Part shown: positions 1-7,604 of the stretch, one piece after another | How the letters are laid out: the number at the start of each line of letters is the position of its first letter | Numbering within the stretch: the first letter of the stretch is position 1 | Assembly: GCA_039801565.1 (NCBI GenBank) | Contig: JBDRUX010000029.1 | Coordinates: forward strand, 1 to 23,255 | Length of the DNA: 23,255 bases | Direction of reading: 5' to 3' | Source: a candidate division WOR-3 bacterium | Lineage (GTDB): Bacteria; Hydrothermota; Tepidihabitantia; Tepidihabitantales; JAOUPE01 | The notes under the pieces: generated by a model | Told to the model about the DNA's origin: nothing | The model's input: the letters and a program-made list of their open reading frames with translations, nothing else | Databases searched by the model: none | Made by a program: the position numbers and the translations under genes

Positions 1-230
1 GACCTTTCGGCTTACCTACTGAGTAGACCGGCGGCCAATCCTCTGGTCAAACTGGTGGTCAACCTACCGGGCAGTCGGGATGGCAATCCCGGGGTCTATG
101 GGGTGGGCTAGCCTAGGGGCTAGCCCCCCCTGGCTAGCCAGTAGGCAAAGGGGTGAGCAACCTACCGGACTGCCCACAGGCTAGCCTACCGACTTACCCA
201 ACCAATTGCCCAGATAGCAAGTTAGGAAAC
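1..230 (+). repeat. Degenerate 12-bp tandem array A (consensus about AACCTACCGGGC) with GGCTAGCC palindromic core; may extend left of the window
   Basis: Units in register at 1, 13, 25, ... 61 (aacctaccgggc), 109, then after a 2-nt slip at 135, 147, 159 (aacctaccggac), 171, 183 (agcctaccgact), 195, 207, 219. GGCTAGCC at 106, 118, 132, 179. Confidence 0.75.
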
Positions 231-834
231 GGACTTTTTAACTGATTCCGAAATAAATTGTGAGACAAAAATGGAAGCTAATAAAGAATTTGATGATATA
301 AGTGCTTATTATGTAAAATATTAGAAGAAAGAGCGAGTTCGTAACGAAGTATGAACCGCGATGAAAGGAAAAGCAAAAAGGTAATATTGTTAATCTGTTG
401 TTTGGCAACCCTATTATCTTATCGTCTTTTCTGACATCGAAGTTTGTTAAGTATAGCGATTGGAATTGTTTTTCGGGATATACAGATATCTTCCTATTTC
501 CTTTTCAGAACTTTTAGGAAGAGGAGATTGTTTTTAATGCTCCCGCGATTTATTTCACCTATTTTTTCGTTGGGTCTCCAATGAATGGTTATTCTGAAAT
601 AAATGGCTTAAGTACCGATAAAAGCCTAAGGTTTAATTTCAAAATCGAGCGAATCTTCGCGGTGCAAGTAAAGAAGGCGGCGGTAAAATTTTTCCGAAAA
701 TGTAGTTGCTTAATTTAAGATATTTTTGAGATTGCTTTGTTCTCTCAACGACATTTTTTAGACTCACAAGCCCGATATTTTAGCACAATTTAAACTACCA
801 AGACCGTAGTAACCGTTGAGCGAAAAATTTTTCC

Positions 835-862
835 TTGACAAATCTTAGATGGTTTGTATAAT
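835..862 (+). promoter_or_regulatory. Sigma70-type promoter TTGACA-N16-TATAAT
   Basis: Perfect -35 at 835-840 and -10 at 857-862, upstream of the 1015 CDS. Confidence 0.85.
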
Positions 863-875
863 TAAATCATAAGGA

Positions 876-1009
876 CTGGGCAAAATTCTTCGAATAAGTT
901 TTATTGCTATTTGCCCAGATTTAAATTATTGATTCATTATCTGGGGTGGAACGGAAGCGGAAAAATTTCGCCACTCCTAAATTAGCAGAAAGTTTTAAAA
1001 CCAAGGAGG
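876..1009 (+). promoter_or_regulatory. Structured 5' leader with alternative pairings, ending in SD AAGGAGG
   Basis: CTGGGCAAA (876-884) pairs with TTTGCCCAG (910-918); GGGGTGG (943-949) with CCACTCC (971-977); alternative CCCAGAT (914-920) with ATCTGGG (939-945); SD at 1003-1009. Confidence 0.5.
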
Positions 1010-1014
1010 CAATC

Positions 1015-4000
1015 ATGAAAAGAAATAAAACGATGCTTTGCCTAATTCTTTTTAGCCTGATTGGTCTGGGATTGGCTCAGGTTGATACCGCCTGGGTGAG
1101 AAGGTGGTCAAGTGTTCCTATCAACGGGGTTGATTATGTATATGGCTTGACCGTTGATGCGAATGGCAATGTCTATATTACTGGGTCCGCTGACTATTTA
1201 GGTTCTATCGAAGATATGATTACTATTAAATATGGTCCGAACGGCGATTCAATTTGGGCATCTTTATATTCAAGAACTGGTTCCCAAATGGCCCGTTCAG
1301 TTGCAGTTGGTAACTCTGGGTGTGTCTATGTGACCGGTTATACTTATGAAATTTCCGGTAATGCAAACTATATAACAATAAAGTACCTTCCTAACGGTGA
1401 TACTCAATGGGTGCGAAGGTATAGCGGTCCTGGAAATCGCTATGATTTTTCTCGAAAATTAGTGCTTGATAATTCTGAGAATGTTTATATCTCCGGCTAT
1501 AGTCAGGAAGCAAATTCTCAATATACTTACGCCACGGTCAAATACGATTCCGCTGGCAATCAAATATGGGCAAGAAGAGACAGTTTTGGCGGTGCGTATC
1601 TCTTTTACCCAAACGATTTGGCACTTGACAATGATGGGAACCCTTATCTGGTAACAAAAACCAAACATCCAACCCAATTTGATAACTGGTTAGTTGTAAA
1701 ATACAAAAAAGAAACTGGCGATACTTATTGGACTAGAACCTATAACGGTCCGTCTAATGGTAATGATGATGCACGTGGCATTGCCTTTGATAATTCTAAC
1801 AACGTTTACGTCACCGGAATGAGTTATGATTCAGTCACTAATTATGATATTGTAACCATCAAATATAATTCGAGTGGCGATACCCAATGGGTGAGAAGAT
1901 GGTCAAATCCGGATACCGCTGCTGGCGACGCTGGTTATTGGATTAAGGTTGATGGTGCTGGTAATGTTTATGTCTATGGAACCACTTATTCGAAAGCTCC
2001 CGCCGGACAGGACCTGGTCGTACTTAAATATAATTCAGATGGCGAATTTCAATGGGCAGCAAAATATAATGGACCGGGTGGGTATGATAATGTGATTGAC
2101 AAGGATGGTCAAAACGGAATGGCACTCGATTTGTATGGTTTTGTTTATATCACCGGCACCAGTCGGCAACTCGGCTCAACCACTAAAAATGATTTTGTAA
2201 CGGTTAAATTTAGCCCAGACGGCGATACTGTATGGACCAGAAGATATGATTATGCCGATACCTTTGAAACGGCACGTTCAATGTTCGTTGATAATCTTGG
2301 TAATGTCTATGTAACTGGACAAAGCGCTCAGCCTGGCAGGGGTTATGACATTGCGACAATTAAATATGTCCAATCCGATTTTACTATCCGCGATGTTTTA
2401 GTCAGTAAACTTTTCCTGCCTTCCCTAATTGATTCTGGTACGGTTGTGACCCCAGCCTGTTCGGTCTATAATAATGGCGACAGCACTGAGAACTATTCAG
2501 TCCGAATGAAAATCGGCAATTTTTACAATGAGACTGTGTTAGTTACTAATCATAGCCCAGGTACTTATCAATATCTCACTTTCCCGAACTGGACCGCAAT
2601 CCAAAGAGGCAACCAGATTGTTTCCTGCTCAACCGAACTGGCACTTGATATGATTAAAAGCAATGATAAAAAGACCGATACTGTTTTCGTTCAAATTCTG
2701 GATGTTGGGGCAACTAAGATTCTTGTCCCTACTGGAACAATTGATTCTGGCACTGTGGTAGTTCCTGCCTGCTCGGTCTATAACTATGGTAACCAAACCG
2801 TAACCTATACCGTCCGAATGAAAATCGGTAATTTTTATAACGAGGACACATTGGTCGAAAATCATTCGCCTAATACATTTAAATATGTCAGTTTCCCTAA
2901 CTGGACTGCTAACCAAGTTGGCGTTCATCCGGTTGCTTGTTCAACCGAATTGGTAAGCGATGTCAATAATAACAATGACCAAAGAACCGGTTCAGTTGAA
3001 GTAATCCGAACAGTTTTTCCACCTTCGAGCTGGGTTAGGATGGCAGATATTCCAGTGCTGCCTTCGGGCAAGAAGCCAAAATCCGGCACCTGTATGGCAG
3101 AATTGCGCGGTAAAATTTATCTGCTCAAAGCTACCAATACCCAAGACTTTTTGGTCTATACCCCGGACAGCGATACCGGTTTTTGGACCTATCGGATTGA
3201 AGATACCATACCACTTGGGATAAAAGACCAAGGTGATGGCAAACGACCGAAAAAGGGTGCAGCAATGACCGCTTACAATCGAACCCGCTCGGTCTATGTG
3301 CTACGCGGTAATAATACTTTGGGATTTTGGCGCTATCAAGCAGATACTCTTGATACTGTTTTACCAGGTTGGAAGAAATTAAAGAATATCCCCTTGGGTG
3401 CAAAAGCGGTAAAAGAAGCCGCTGGACTGGCAAGTTTCCGAAGTGGTGGTCACGGCTATATCTTTGCGATGAAAGGGTCGAAGACCGATGAGTTCTATAT
3501 CTACGATATTGAACAAGACACTTGGACTAAGATTAAGAGTCCACCAATCGGTTCAAGTGGCAAACTTGGTTATCGTAAAGGTTCTTGTCTGGCTTATGAC
3601 GGTGACGAGTTTGTCTATGTCTTAAAAGGCGGTTACGGTGACTTCTTTAAATATTCGCTCGATTCTGATACCTGGATTGAATTACGCCAATATGATTATA
3701 AGAAATTCTTAAGCCGAGACAACAAGAAGAAAAAACCCAAAGACGGTGCAGCATTGGTCTATTATGATGAGAATGTCTATATGCTCAAAGGTGGTAATAC
3801 CCGTGAAGTATGGCGATACAACATTGCGATGGACACCTGGGTGCAGATGGATACCTTCTGGGATATCCCGATTGGTGGCGGCAAAAGAGTAAAGGCGGGT
3901 GGCACAATGATTTCATCCGGTGACTACTTCTGGGCAGTAAAAGGTGGTAATACAGTTGAATTCTACCGGCATAAACCACCGGAGGTAAAAAGTTTCAGCT

Positions 4001-4305
4001 CGATTTCCCCAATTTCTAATCAAGTAATGGACAATAAAGAGAAACTGAATGAATTTACTATGACAATTGCGCCGAATCCAGCGACTAACTTCACAACAAT
4101 TCGTTATAACTTACCGATGCCTGGACAAGTGAGTTTCAAACTCTACGATGTGACGGGTGCGGTAGTTAAGACTTATGACATACCAACTCCAACTAAGGAC
4201 GGTGTCTTGATGCTCGATACGAAAGCATTACCATCTGGTGTCTATATCCTCCGCTTCAACGCTGGCAACATAAGGATTACAAGAAAGATTGTCTTAGAGA
4301 AGTAA
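1015..4305 (+). CDS. Secreted SBBP beta-propeller / tandem Ig-like (CARDB-like) / Kelch-repeat protein with T9SS-type C-terminal sorting domain
   Basis: ATG 1015 follows SD AAGGAGG (ORF track uses GTG 946). Signal peptide MKRNK...LGLA; repeated D..GNVYVTG...D..TIKY...G...W motifs; two ~100-aa Ig-like repeats; Kelch-like YxLKGGNT.EF repeats; C-terminal IAPNP...LPSGVYIL...RKIVLEK. Confidence 0.88.
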   Translation: MKRNKTMLCLILFSLIGLGLAQVDTAWVRRWSSVPINGVDYVYGLTVDANGNVYITGSADYLGSIEDMITIKYGPNGDSIWASLYSRTGSQMARSVAVGNSGCVYVTGYTYEISGNANYITIKYLPNGDTQWVRRYSGPGNRYDFSRKLVLDNSENVYISGYSQEANSQYTYATVKYDSAGNQIWARRDSFGGAYLFYPNDLALDNDGNPYLVTKTKHPTQFDNWLVVKYKKETGDTYWTRTYNGPSNGNDDARGIAFDNSNNVYVTGMSYDSVTNYDIVTIKYNSSGDTQWVRRWSNPDTAAGDAGYWIKVDGAGNVYVYGTTYSKAPAGQDLVVLKYNSDGEFQWAAKYNGPGGYDNVIDKDGQNGMALDLYGFVYITGTSRQLGSTTKNDFVTVKFSPDGDTVWTRRYDYADTFETARSMFVDNLGNVYVTGQSAQPGRGYDIATIKYVQSDFTIRDVLVSKLFLPSLIDSGTVVTPACSVYNNGDSTENYSVRMKIGNFYNETVLVTNHSPGTYQYLTFPNWTAIQRGNQIVSCSTELALDMIKSNDKKTDTVFVQILDVGATKILVPTGTIDSGTVVVPACSVYNYGNQTVTYTVRMKIGNFYNEDTLVENHSPNTFKYVSFPNWTANQVGVHPVACSTELVSDVNNNNDQRTGSVEVIRTVFPPSSWVRMADIPVLPSGKKPKSGTCMAELRGKIYLLKATNTQDFLVYTPDSDTGFWTYRIEDTIPLGIKDQGDGKRPKKGAAMTAYNRTRSVYVLRGNNTLGFWRYQADTLDTVLPGWKKLKNIPLGAKAVKEAAGLASFRSGGHGYIFAMKGSKTDEFYIYDIEQDTWTKIKSPPIGSSGKLGYRKGSCLAYDGDEFVYVLKGGYGDFFKYSLDSDTWIELRQYDYKKFLSRDNKKKKPKDGAALVYYDENVYMLKGGNTREVWRYNIAMDTWVQMDTFWDIPIGGGKRVKAGGTMISSGDYFWAVKGGNTVEFYRHKPPEVKSFSSISPISNQVMDNKEKLNEFTMTIAPNPATNFTTIRYNLPMPGQVSFKLYDVTGAVVKTYDIPTPTKDGVLMLDTKALPSGVYILRFNAGNIRITRKIVLEK
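2392..3003 (+). repeat. Intragenic tandem duplication of a ~103-aa Ig-like domain
   Basis: Copies start at 2392 and 2701 and share IDSGTVVxPACSVYNxG, VRMKIGNFYNE, NHSPxT, FPNWTA, CSTEL. Confidence 0.9.
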
Positions 4306-4321
4306 CCTCTGACGACGAGGG

Positions 4322-4354
4322 ACGGGGTTCGAGTAAATCGAGCCCCGTTTTTTT
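4322..4354 (+). terminator. Rho-independent terminator
   Basis: ACGGGGTTCGA-gtaaa-TCGAGCCCCGT followed by a T-run, 16 nt after the stop codon. Confidence 0.9.
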
Positions 4355-4396
4355 ACTACAGTCTGTGATTTGAGCGAACTCGGATTTTAGCCAAGA

Positions 4397-4533
4397 AGCT
4401 TCGGAACCGGTTCCCGAAGTAGCCTGCGGGGCGCTCCCGAGCCGACTCCCGATGGAACTCTAACTTGCTCCCTTTTACCCACCAGCTTCTCAACTAACCC
4501 TCCAAGGCTAACCTATGGAGCCGCCTACCCATA
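4397..4533 (+). repeat. Degenerate 12-bp tandem array B
   Basis: agcttcggaacc / ggttcccgaagt / agcctgcggggc / gctcccgagcc / gactcccgatgg ... aacctatggagc / cgcctacccata; imperfect palindrome CTTCGGAACCGGTTCCCGAAG at 4399-4419. Confidence 0.55.
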
Positions 4534-4765
4534 AACAATACTCTCTGCCAAAGCAAAATTTAATATAACTCCTTAAATATCAAATAGACAAAAAAACGGC
4601 TTGATTTTTGCGCTACTTCTAAGTGATGTTTTATGACGGTTATTGCTAAAGAAGGCAGAACTTTAAAAATAAGGTTTAAGAATAGTTTTGAGATAAAACG
4701 GTGCTAAAACAAAAAATGCAAAATCCGAATTTTTTTATTTATAGGGGATAATTAATTGTAAGGTT

Positions 4766-5593
4766 TTAATCAAAGATAATATTGGGAAATTTATTTCTAA
4801 ATTGTTCCCGTAACGACCTTTGATAAATTCTTTGGAAAAATTTTCCTTCAACCTTGGGACCAGAGTAAACTGTCATCTTATTTCTCGCCAAATTAAAGAA
4901 ATATAAGAGTGCCACATAATAGATTTTATTATCCAAGACTTTCTTTTCTTCTTCGCTTTTGGAAAAGTATTCAGCAAATCCAGTGATAACAAACTGGTCA
5001 TTATCAAGCCATAAGCCATTGTCATAATTACCGGTAGTGCCACAAAACAATAAAATCTTGAGTTGATTGGTTTTTAAATCACCCAATCCCACTCCGTGGT
5101 CAGGACCAAAGCCGGCTTTCAGCTTACCTGCTTCTTCCCAAACTTCCATTCCAATATAAATATCCAAAAATTTCGTTTTATCCGGCGAATAGATATAAAA
5201 AGGGGTTCTTAATTGAAAACTACTCTCCTCAGGATTAAATGGAATTAATTCTTGGGTTATCGTTGTCTCTGCCTGCCAGCTAAAAGAATGGCAATTGAAA
5301 CCAAGTACCATTGTTTGCCAGATTTTAGACCAATCGGGTAATTTATTTTCAATTACTGGGAAAATTTTTTCGAGTTCGGCTAAAGCCCTTTCTTTGGTTT
5401 CTAAGTCATTAATTCTTTTTTGGAGATTAGTAATTTGGGTTTTTAATCTTATTATTGATTTTCGATTCGCCATTTGTTGCCACCAAAAAACGCCTCCACC
5501 AACAATGATTGCAGTCAATAAGACGCTAATAATAATCAACCAAATCAGGGGCGATTGTCTTCTTCGACAGCCGACTTCGCTATCAGCCAACAT
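4766..5593 (-). CDS. Hypothetical single-pass membrane protein (N-terminal TM helix, coiled coil, soluble domain)
   Basis: ORF track 4766..5668 starts at TTG; ATG 5593 is preferred but the start is uncertain. TM LIWLIIISVLLTAIIVGGGVFWW, then heptad LKTQITNLQKRINDLE. Confidence 0.75.
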   Translation of the reverse strand: MLADSEVGCRRRQSPLIWLIIISVLLTAIIVGGGVFWWQQMANRKSIIRLKTQITNLQKRINDLETKERALAELEKIFPVIENKLPDWSKIWQTMVLGFNCHSFSWQAETTITQELIPFNPEESSFQLRTPFYIYSPDKTKFLDIYIGMEVWEEAGKLKAGFGPDHGVGLGDLKTNQLKILLFCGTTGNYDNGLWLDNDQFVITGFAEYFSKSEEEKKVLDNKIYYVALLYFFNLARNKMTVYSGPKVEGKFFQRIYQRSLREQFRNKFPNIIFD

Positions 5594-5703
5594 CGTAATT
5601 GTGGTTAAAAATTTTTCAAAATCAATTTTGGTTTCTTTGCTTTTACAGCTAATCGTACTCAAAGTCAAGCATTGGTCAAGATTTATTTTTAGAAATTGCT
5701 TTA

Positions 5704-5731
5704 TTGACGATTGGCAAATTTAAGATAAAAT
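5704..5731 (+). promoter_or_regulatory. Promoter TTGACG-N16-TAAAAT; probably gives a leaderless kor operon transcript
   Basis: -35 at 5704-5709, -10 at 5726-5731; GTG start follows after 6 nt with no SD. Confidence 0.7.
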
Positions 5732-5737
5732 GAGATA

Positions 5738-5974
5738 GTGCCAAAAATCGAATTGAGAAAAGAATGGTGCAAAGGCTGCTGCCTCTGTCTGGAAATCTGT
5801 CCAAAAGCGGTCTTTGACCGAGAGAGTAAAATCTCGACCCGTGGTTTTCGAGAAATCGTTGTCAAAAACCCCAAAAACTGCACCGGCTGTCGGCTTTGCG
5901 AAATGCTTTGTCCAGATTTGGCTATTACTGTCTCTAAAACCAATAGGTTATCAGAAATAAAACATGAAGAATAA
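5738..5974 (+). CDS. korD: 2x[4Fe-4S] ferredoxin, 2-oxoacid:ferredoxin oxidoreductase delta subunit
   Basis: CKGCCLCLEICP and CTGCRLCEMLCPDLAI motifs; heads the korABC operon. Confidence 0.9.
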   Translation: MPKIELRKEWCKGCCLCLEICPKAVFDRESKISTRGFREIVVKNPKNCTGCRLCEMLCPDLAITVSKTNRLSEIKHEE

Positions 5975-6401
5975 AAATTCAACCACAGAACTATCAGAGA
6001 TAACTGAGAAAAAAAACGGATATCCTGAAATTGATTTAACTAAGAAAATAATTGCCGCTGCTATCGAAGTACACCGTATACTCGGTCTGGGGTTAGGCGA
6101 AGATGTTTACGAAGAGGCTTTTACTTATGAATTAAAACTACAGGGTATTCCTTTCGAGCGCCAAAAACAAATTTCAGTCCCCTATAAAGATATTATCGCC
6201 AAAACATATCAGTTGGACTTCCTAATTAATAATAAGGTAATAGTCGAAATTAAAGCGGTTTCGGAATTGAATGATTTCCATAAGGCACAAATCTTATCCT
6301 ACCTTAGGGCAGCAAATCTCAAAGTTGGTTTATTGATAAACTTTAATGTCAAAATGTTACGAACCGGAATAAAGCGGTTAATTAGTTCTAAAGTTAAATA
6401 A
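5964..6401 (+). CDS. GxxExxY family protein (PD-(D/E)XK nuclease-like fold)
   Basis: IIAAAIEVHRILGLGLGEDVYEEA (GxxExxY = GLGEDVY), LDFLINNKVIVEIKAV, AQILSYLRA, GLLINF. Confidence 0.93.
   Translation: MKNKNSTTELSEITEKKNGYPEIDLTKKIIAAAIEVHRILGLGLGEDVYEEAFTYELKLQGIPFERQKQISVPYKDIIAKTYQLDFLINNKVIVEIKAVSELNDFHKAQILSYLRAANLKVGLLINFNVKMLRTGIKRLISSKVK
5981..6014 (+). repeat. Left arm of imperfect inverted repeat bracketing the GxxExxY gene
   Basis: AACCACAGAACTATCAGAGATAACTGAGAAAAAA; its reverse complement matches 6409-6442 at 28/34 positions (hand count); 9-nt internal periodicity. Confidence 0.85.
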
Positions 6402-6408
6402 ATATGAA

Positions 6409-6442
6409 TTTTTTCTCTGTTGTCTCCGCTATCTCTGTGGTT
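6409..6442 (-). repeat. Right arm of imperfect inverted repeat bracketing the GxxExxY gene
   Basis: TTTTTTCTCTGTTGTCTCCGCTATCTCTGTGGTT, complementary to 5981-6014. Confidence 0.85.
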
Positions 6443-6449
6443 TAAAAAT

Positions 6450-7604
6450 ATGCCTGAAATAATTTGTCCGAGCCTGCTTGAACCGGGCAAGCATTTTATG
6501 TCTGGTAATATCGCTTGTGCCGAAGGTGCCTTAGCGGCTGGTTGTAGATTTTATGCCGGCTATCCAATCACACCATCCAGTGAAATTATGGAGCATATGT
6601 CAGTCCGACTTAATGATGTGAAAGGGGTCTTTATTCAGATGGAAGACGAAATCGGTTCAATCTCGGCAATGATTGGTGCTTCCTGGGCAGGTGCCAAGGC
6701 AATGACCGCAACCTCTGGTCCGGGCTTTAGCCTGATGCTTGAAGGAATTGGCTATGCCCTAATGACCGAGACACCTTGCGTCATTGTGGATGTGCAAAGG
6801 GCAGGACCGGCAACTGGTCAGGCAACCCGCCCTGCTCAAGGTGATATTATGCAGGCAAGATGGGGCGCTCATGGCGATTATCGCTTAATCGCTCTTTCAC
6901 CTTGGTCAGTGCAAGAGATGTATGATTTAACAATTGAAGCTTTCAATTATGCCGAAAAATTCCGAGTCCCGGTCATTATTTTAGCTGATGAAGTGATTGG
7001 ACACTTAAAGGAAAGTCTTAATATCAAACCCGAAATTAAAATCTTCAATCGCAACGAAAATGGCACAGGTCCACCTTTTGGTACCGAGACCGAAGATGGT
7101 GTACCACCGATGCCAAGATTCGGACAAGGCGCGAAGTTATTAGTGACTGGTTCAACCCATAACGAGTTTGGTTATCGCAAGGTCGCTGACCCTGATGTTC
7201 AAGAAAAATTAGTCAAAAGACTCTGCGCCAAGATTGATAATCATATTGATGAGATTGTTCAAACCGAGTCTCACTTCACTGATGATTGTGAATACCTGTT
7301 GGTCTCATTTGGTGCCAGTGCCCGTAGTGCCTATGCCGCAATGCTAAAAGCGCGCAAAGATGGAATTAAGGTCGGGCTATTCCGTTTTATCACAATTTGG
7401 CCCTTTGCCGAAAGACAATTAAGAGCAGCCGCTAAAAATTGTAAAACGGTATTAGTTCCAGAGATGAACCGTGGTCAACTGGTTTTTGAGATTGAACGCT
7501 GCCTTTGTGATAAAAGAATAATCTCTTTACCAAAGACCAGAGGCGAACCAATCTATCCTGAAGAAATTTACCAAGCAATCAAAAATGAGCAAAAGATTAT
7601 ATAA
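6450..7604 (+). CDS. korA: 2-oxoacid:ferredoxin oxidoreductase alpha subunit
   Basis: GN.A.AEGA..AGCRFYAGYPITPSSE, QMEDE, TATSGPGFSLM, QRAGP.TG, EMNRGQ. ATG 6450 preferred because the ORF-track start 6420 lies inside the repeat arm. Confidence 0.93.
   Translation: MPEIICPSLLEPGKHFMSGNIACAEGALAAGCRFYAGYPITPSSEIMEHMSVRLNDVKGVFIQMEDEIGSISAMIGASWAGAKAMTATSGPGFSLMLEGIGYALMTETPCVIVDVQRAGPATGQATRPAQGDIMQARWGAHGDYRLIALSPWSVQEMYDLTIEAFNYAEKFRVPVIILADEVIGHLKESLNIKPEIKIFNRNENGTGPPFGTETEDGVPPMPRFGQGAKLLVTGSTHNEFGYRKVADPDVQEKLVKRLCAKIDNHIDEIVQTESHFTDDCEYLLVSFGASARSAYAAMLKARKDGIKVGLFRFITIWPFAERQLRAAAKNCKTVLVPEMNRGQLVFEIERCLCDKRIISLPKTRGEPIYPEEIYQAIKNEQKII

Noticed and set aside
1..230. CRISPR array interpretation of the periodic tracts
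   Set aside because: No identical 23-47 bp repeats separated by unique spacers, and no cas genes in the window.
271..584. Short + strand frames (MEANKEF..., MNRDERK... with hydrophobic stretches)
   Set aside because: Interrupted by stops with no recognisable family; could be a decayed gene but cannot be supported.
871..930. c-di-GMP-I riboswitch suggested by GGGCAAA
   Set aside because: Lacks the GAAA tetraloop hairpin and the downstream GACGCAAA / second-stem elements.
946..1014. GTG start at 946 for the large CDS
   Set aside because: ATG 1015 has a strong SD and gives a proper signal peptide; 946 lies in a leader hairpin.
1459..3979. Small overlapping ORFs within the large CDS, and similar antisense ORFs in ahcY, metK, recJ and others
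   Set aside because: Shadow frames of well-supported genes, with no motifs.
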